From: Callorhinchus milii
Lineage: Eukaryota
Length of the DNA stretch: 64,000 nucleotides
NCBI RefSeq assembly: GCF_018977255.1
Contig: NW_024704743.1
Coordinates: forward strand, 26,104,001-26,168,000
Reading direction: 5' to 3'
The stretch's first letter is position 1; every line of letters starts with the position of its first letter. The position numbers and the translations under genes were made by a program. Below, in pieces: positions 63,645 to 64,000 of the stretch. The notes under the pieces were generated by a model, which did not search any database, was not told the origin of the DNA, and saw only the letters and a list, made by a program, of their open reading frames with translations.

Positions 63645-64000
63645 TTTGGTCAGCTTGGGTCTGACACATGCAGAAAAACATCACCATGCTTAAAAGTATC
63701 CAAACAAAGCAGAGTTCCATGCATCCCACCTATTCATGGCAATTCCAGGGATATTTATTATAATAATATGATAATAATAATCCTTGCATTTGACATAGCG
63801 CTTTTATTATTAGAATGGAATGTGCATCATCTCCCTGGAGGGATGTATTCTGCTTACCAAATTCCACAGGTTGGCAATAGTCAAAGTTTCAGGACCCCAG
63901 AGTGTGCTTTGGAGAACTGCTAGAGTCTAACCAGCGAAAAACACATCGCTTGCTATTGAATGCACTGTCTGGCAATCTTTCCCACTGCTTGTCTAGCCAG
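63645..64000 (-). mobile_element. copy of the same non-LTR 3' UTR family, interrupted by a SINE tail at about 63755-63810
   Basis: Reverse complement aligns with about 2410-2735. Confidence 0.7.

Overview
Vertebrate genomic DNA, most likely a cartilaginous fish (chimaera/elephant-shark-like), judged from the repeat set: tRNA-Ala-headed SINEs, SacSINE1-like DeuSINEs, L2 and CR1 LINEs. The one confidently identified gene is a + strand ZDHHC11-type DHHC palmitoyltransferase. I reconstructed 10 coding exons between 42240 and 58800 (1482 nt, 493 aa, all splice phases consistent); exons 1-6 are near-certain and exons 7-10 rest mainly on splice signals and phase. Its first coding intron (42462-44087) is a GT-AG U12-type minor-spliceosome intron. 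The first 42 kb contain no recognisable protein-coding gene. They are mostly decayed and nested retroelements, MITEs, a 23-bp minisatellite (the source of the long ORFs at 2.9-4.3 kb) and a few orphan exon-like segments. I cannot support a wholly new biological system here. The most notable observations are the minor intron, an L2/SINE 3' stem-loop with compensatory changes, a non-LTR family with a CCHC C-terminus and a long structured 3' tail, several locally templated insertions (one exposes an L2 empty site), a ZNF143-type motif upstream of the gene, and an unexplained ungapped diverged duplicate. Repeat boundaries are read by eye and approximate.
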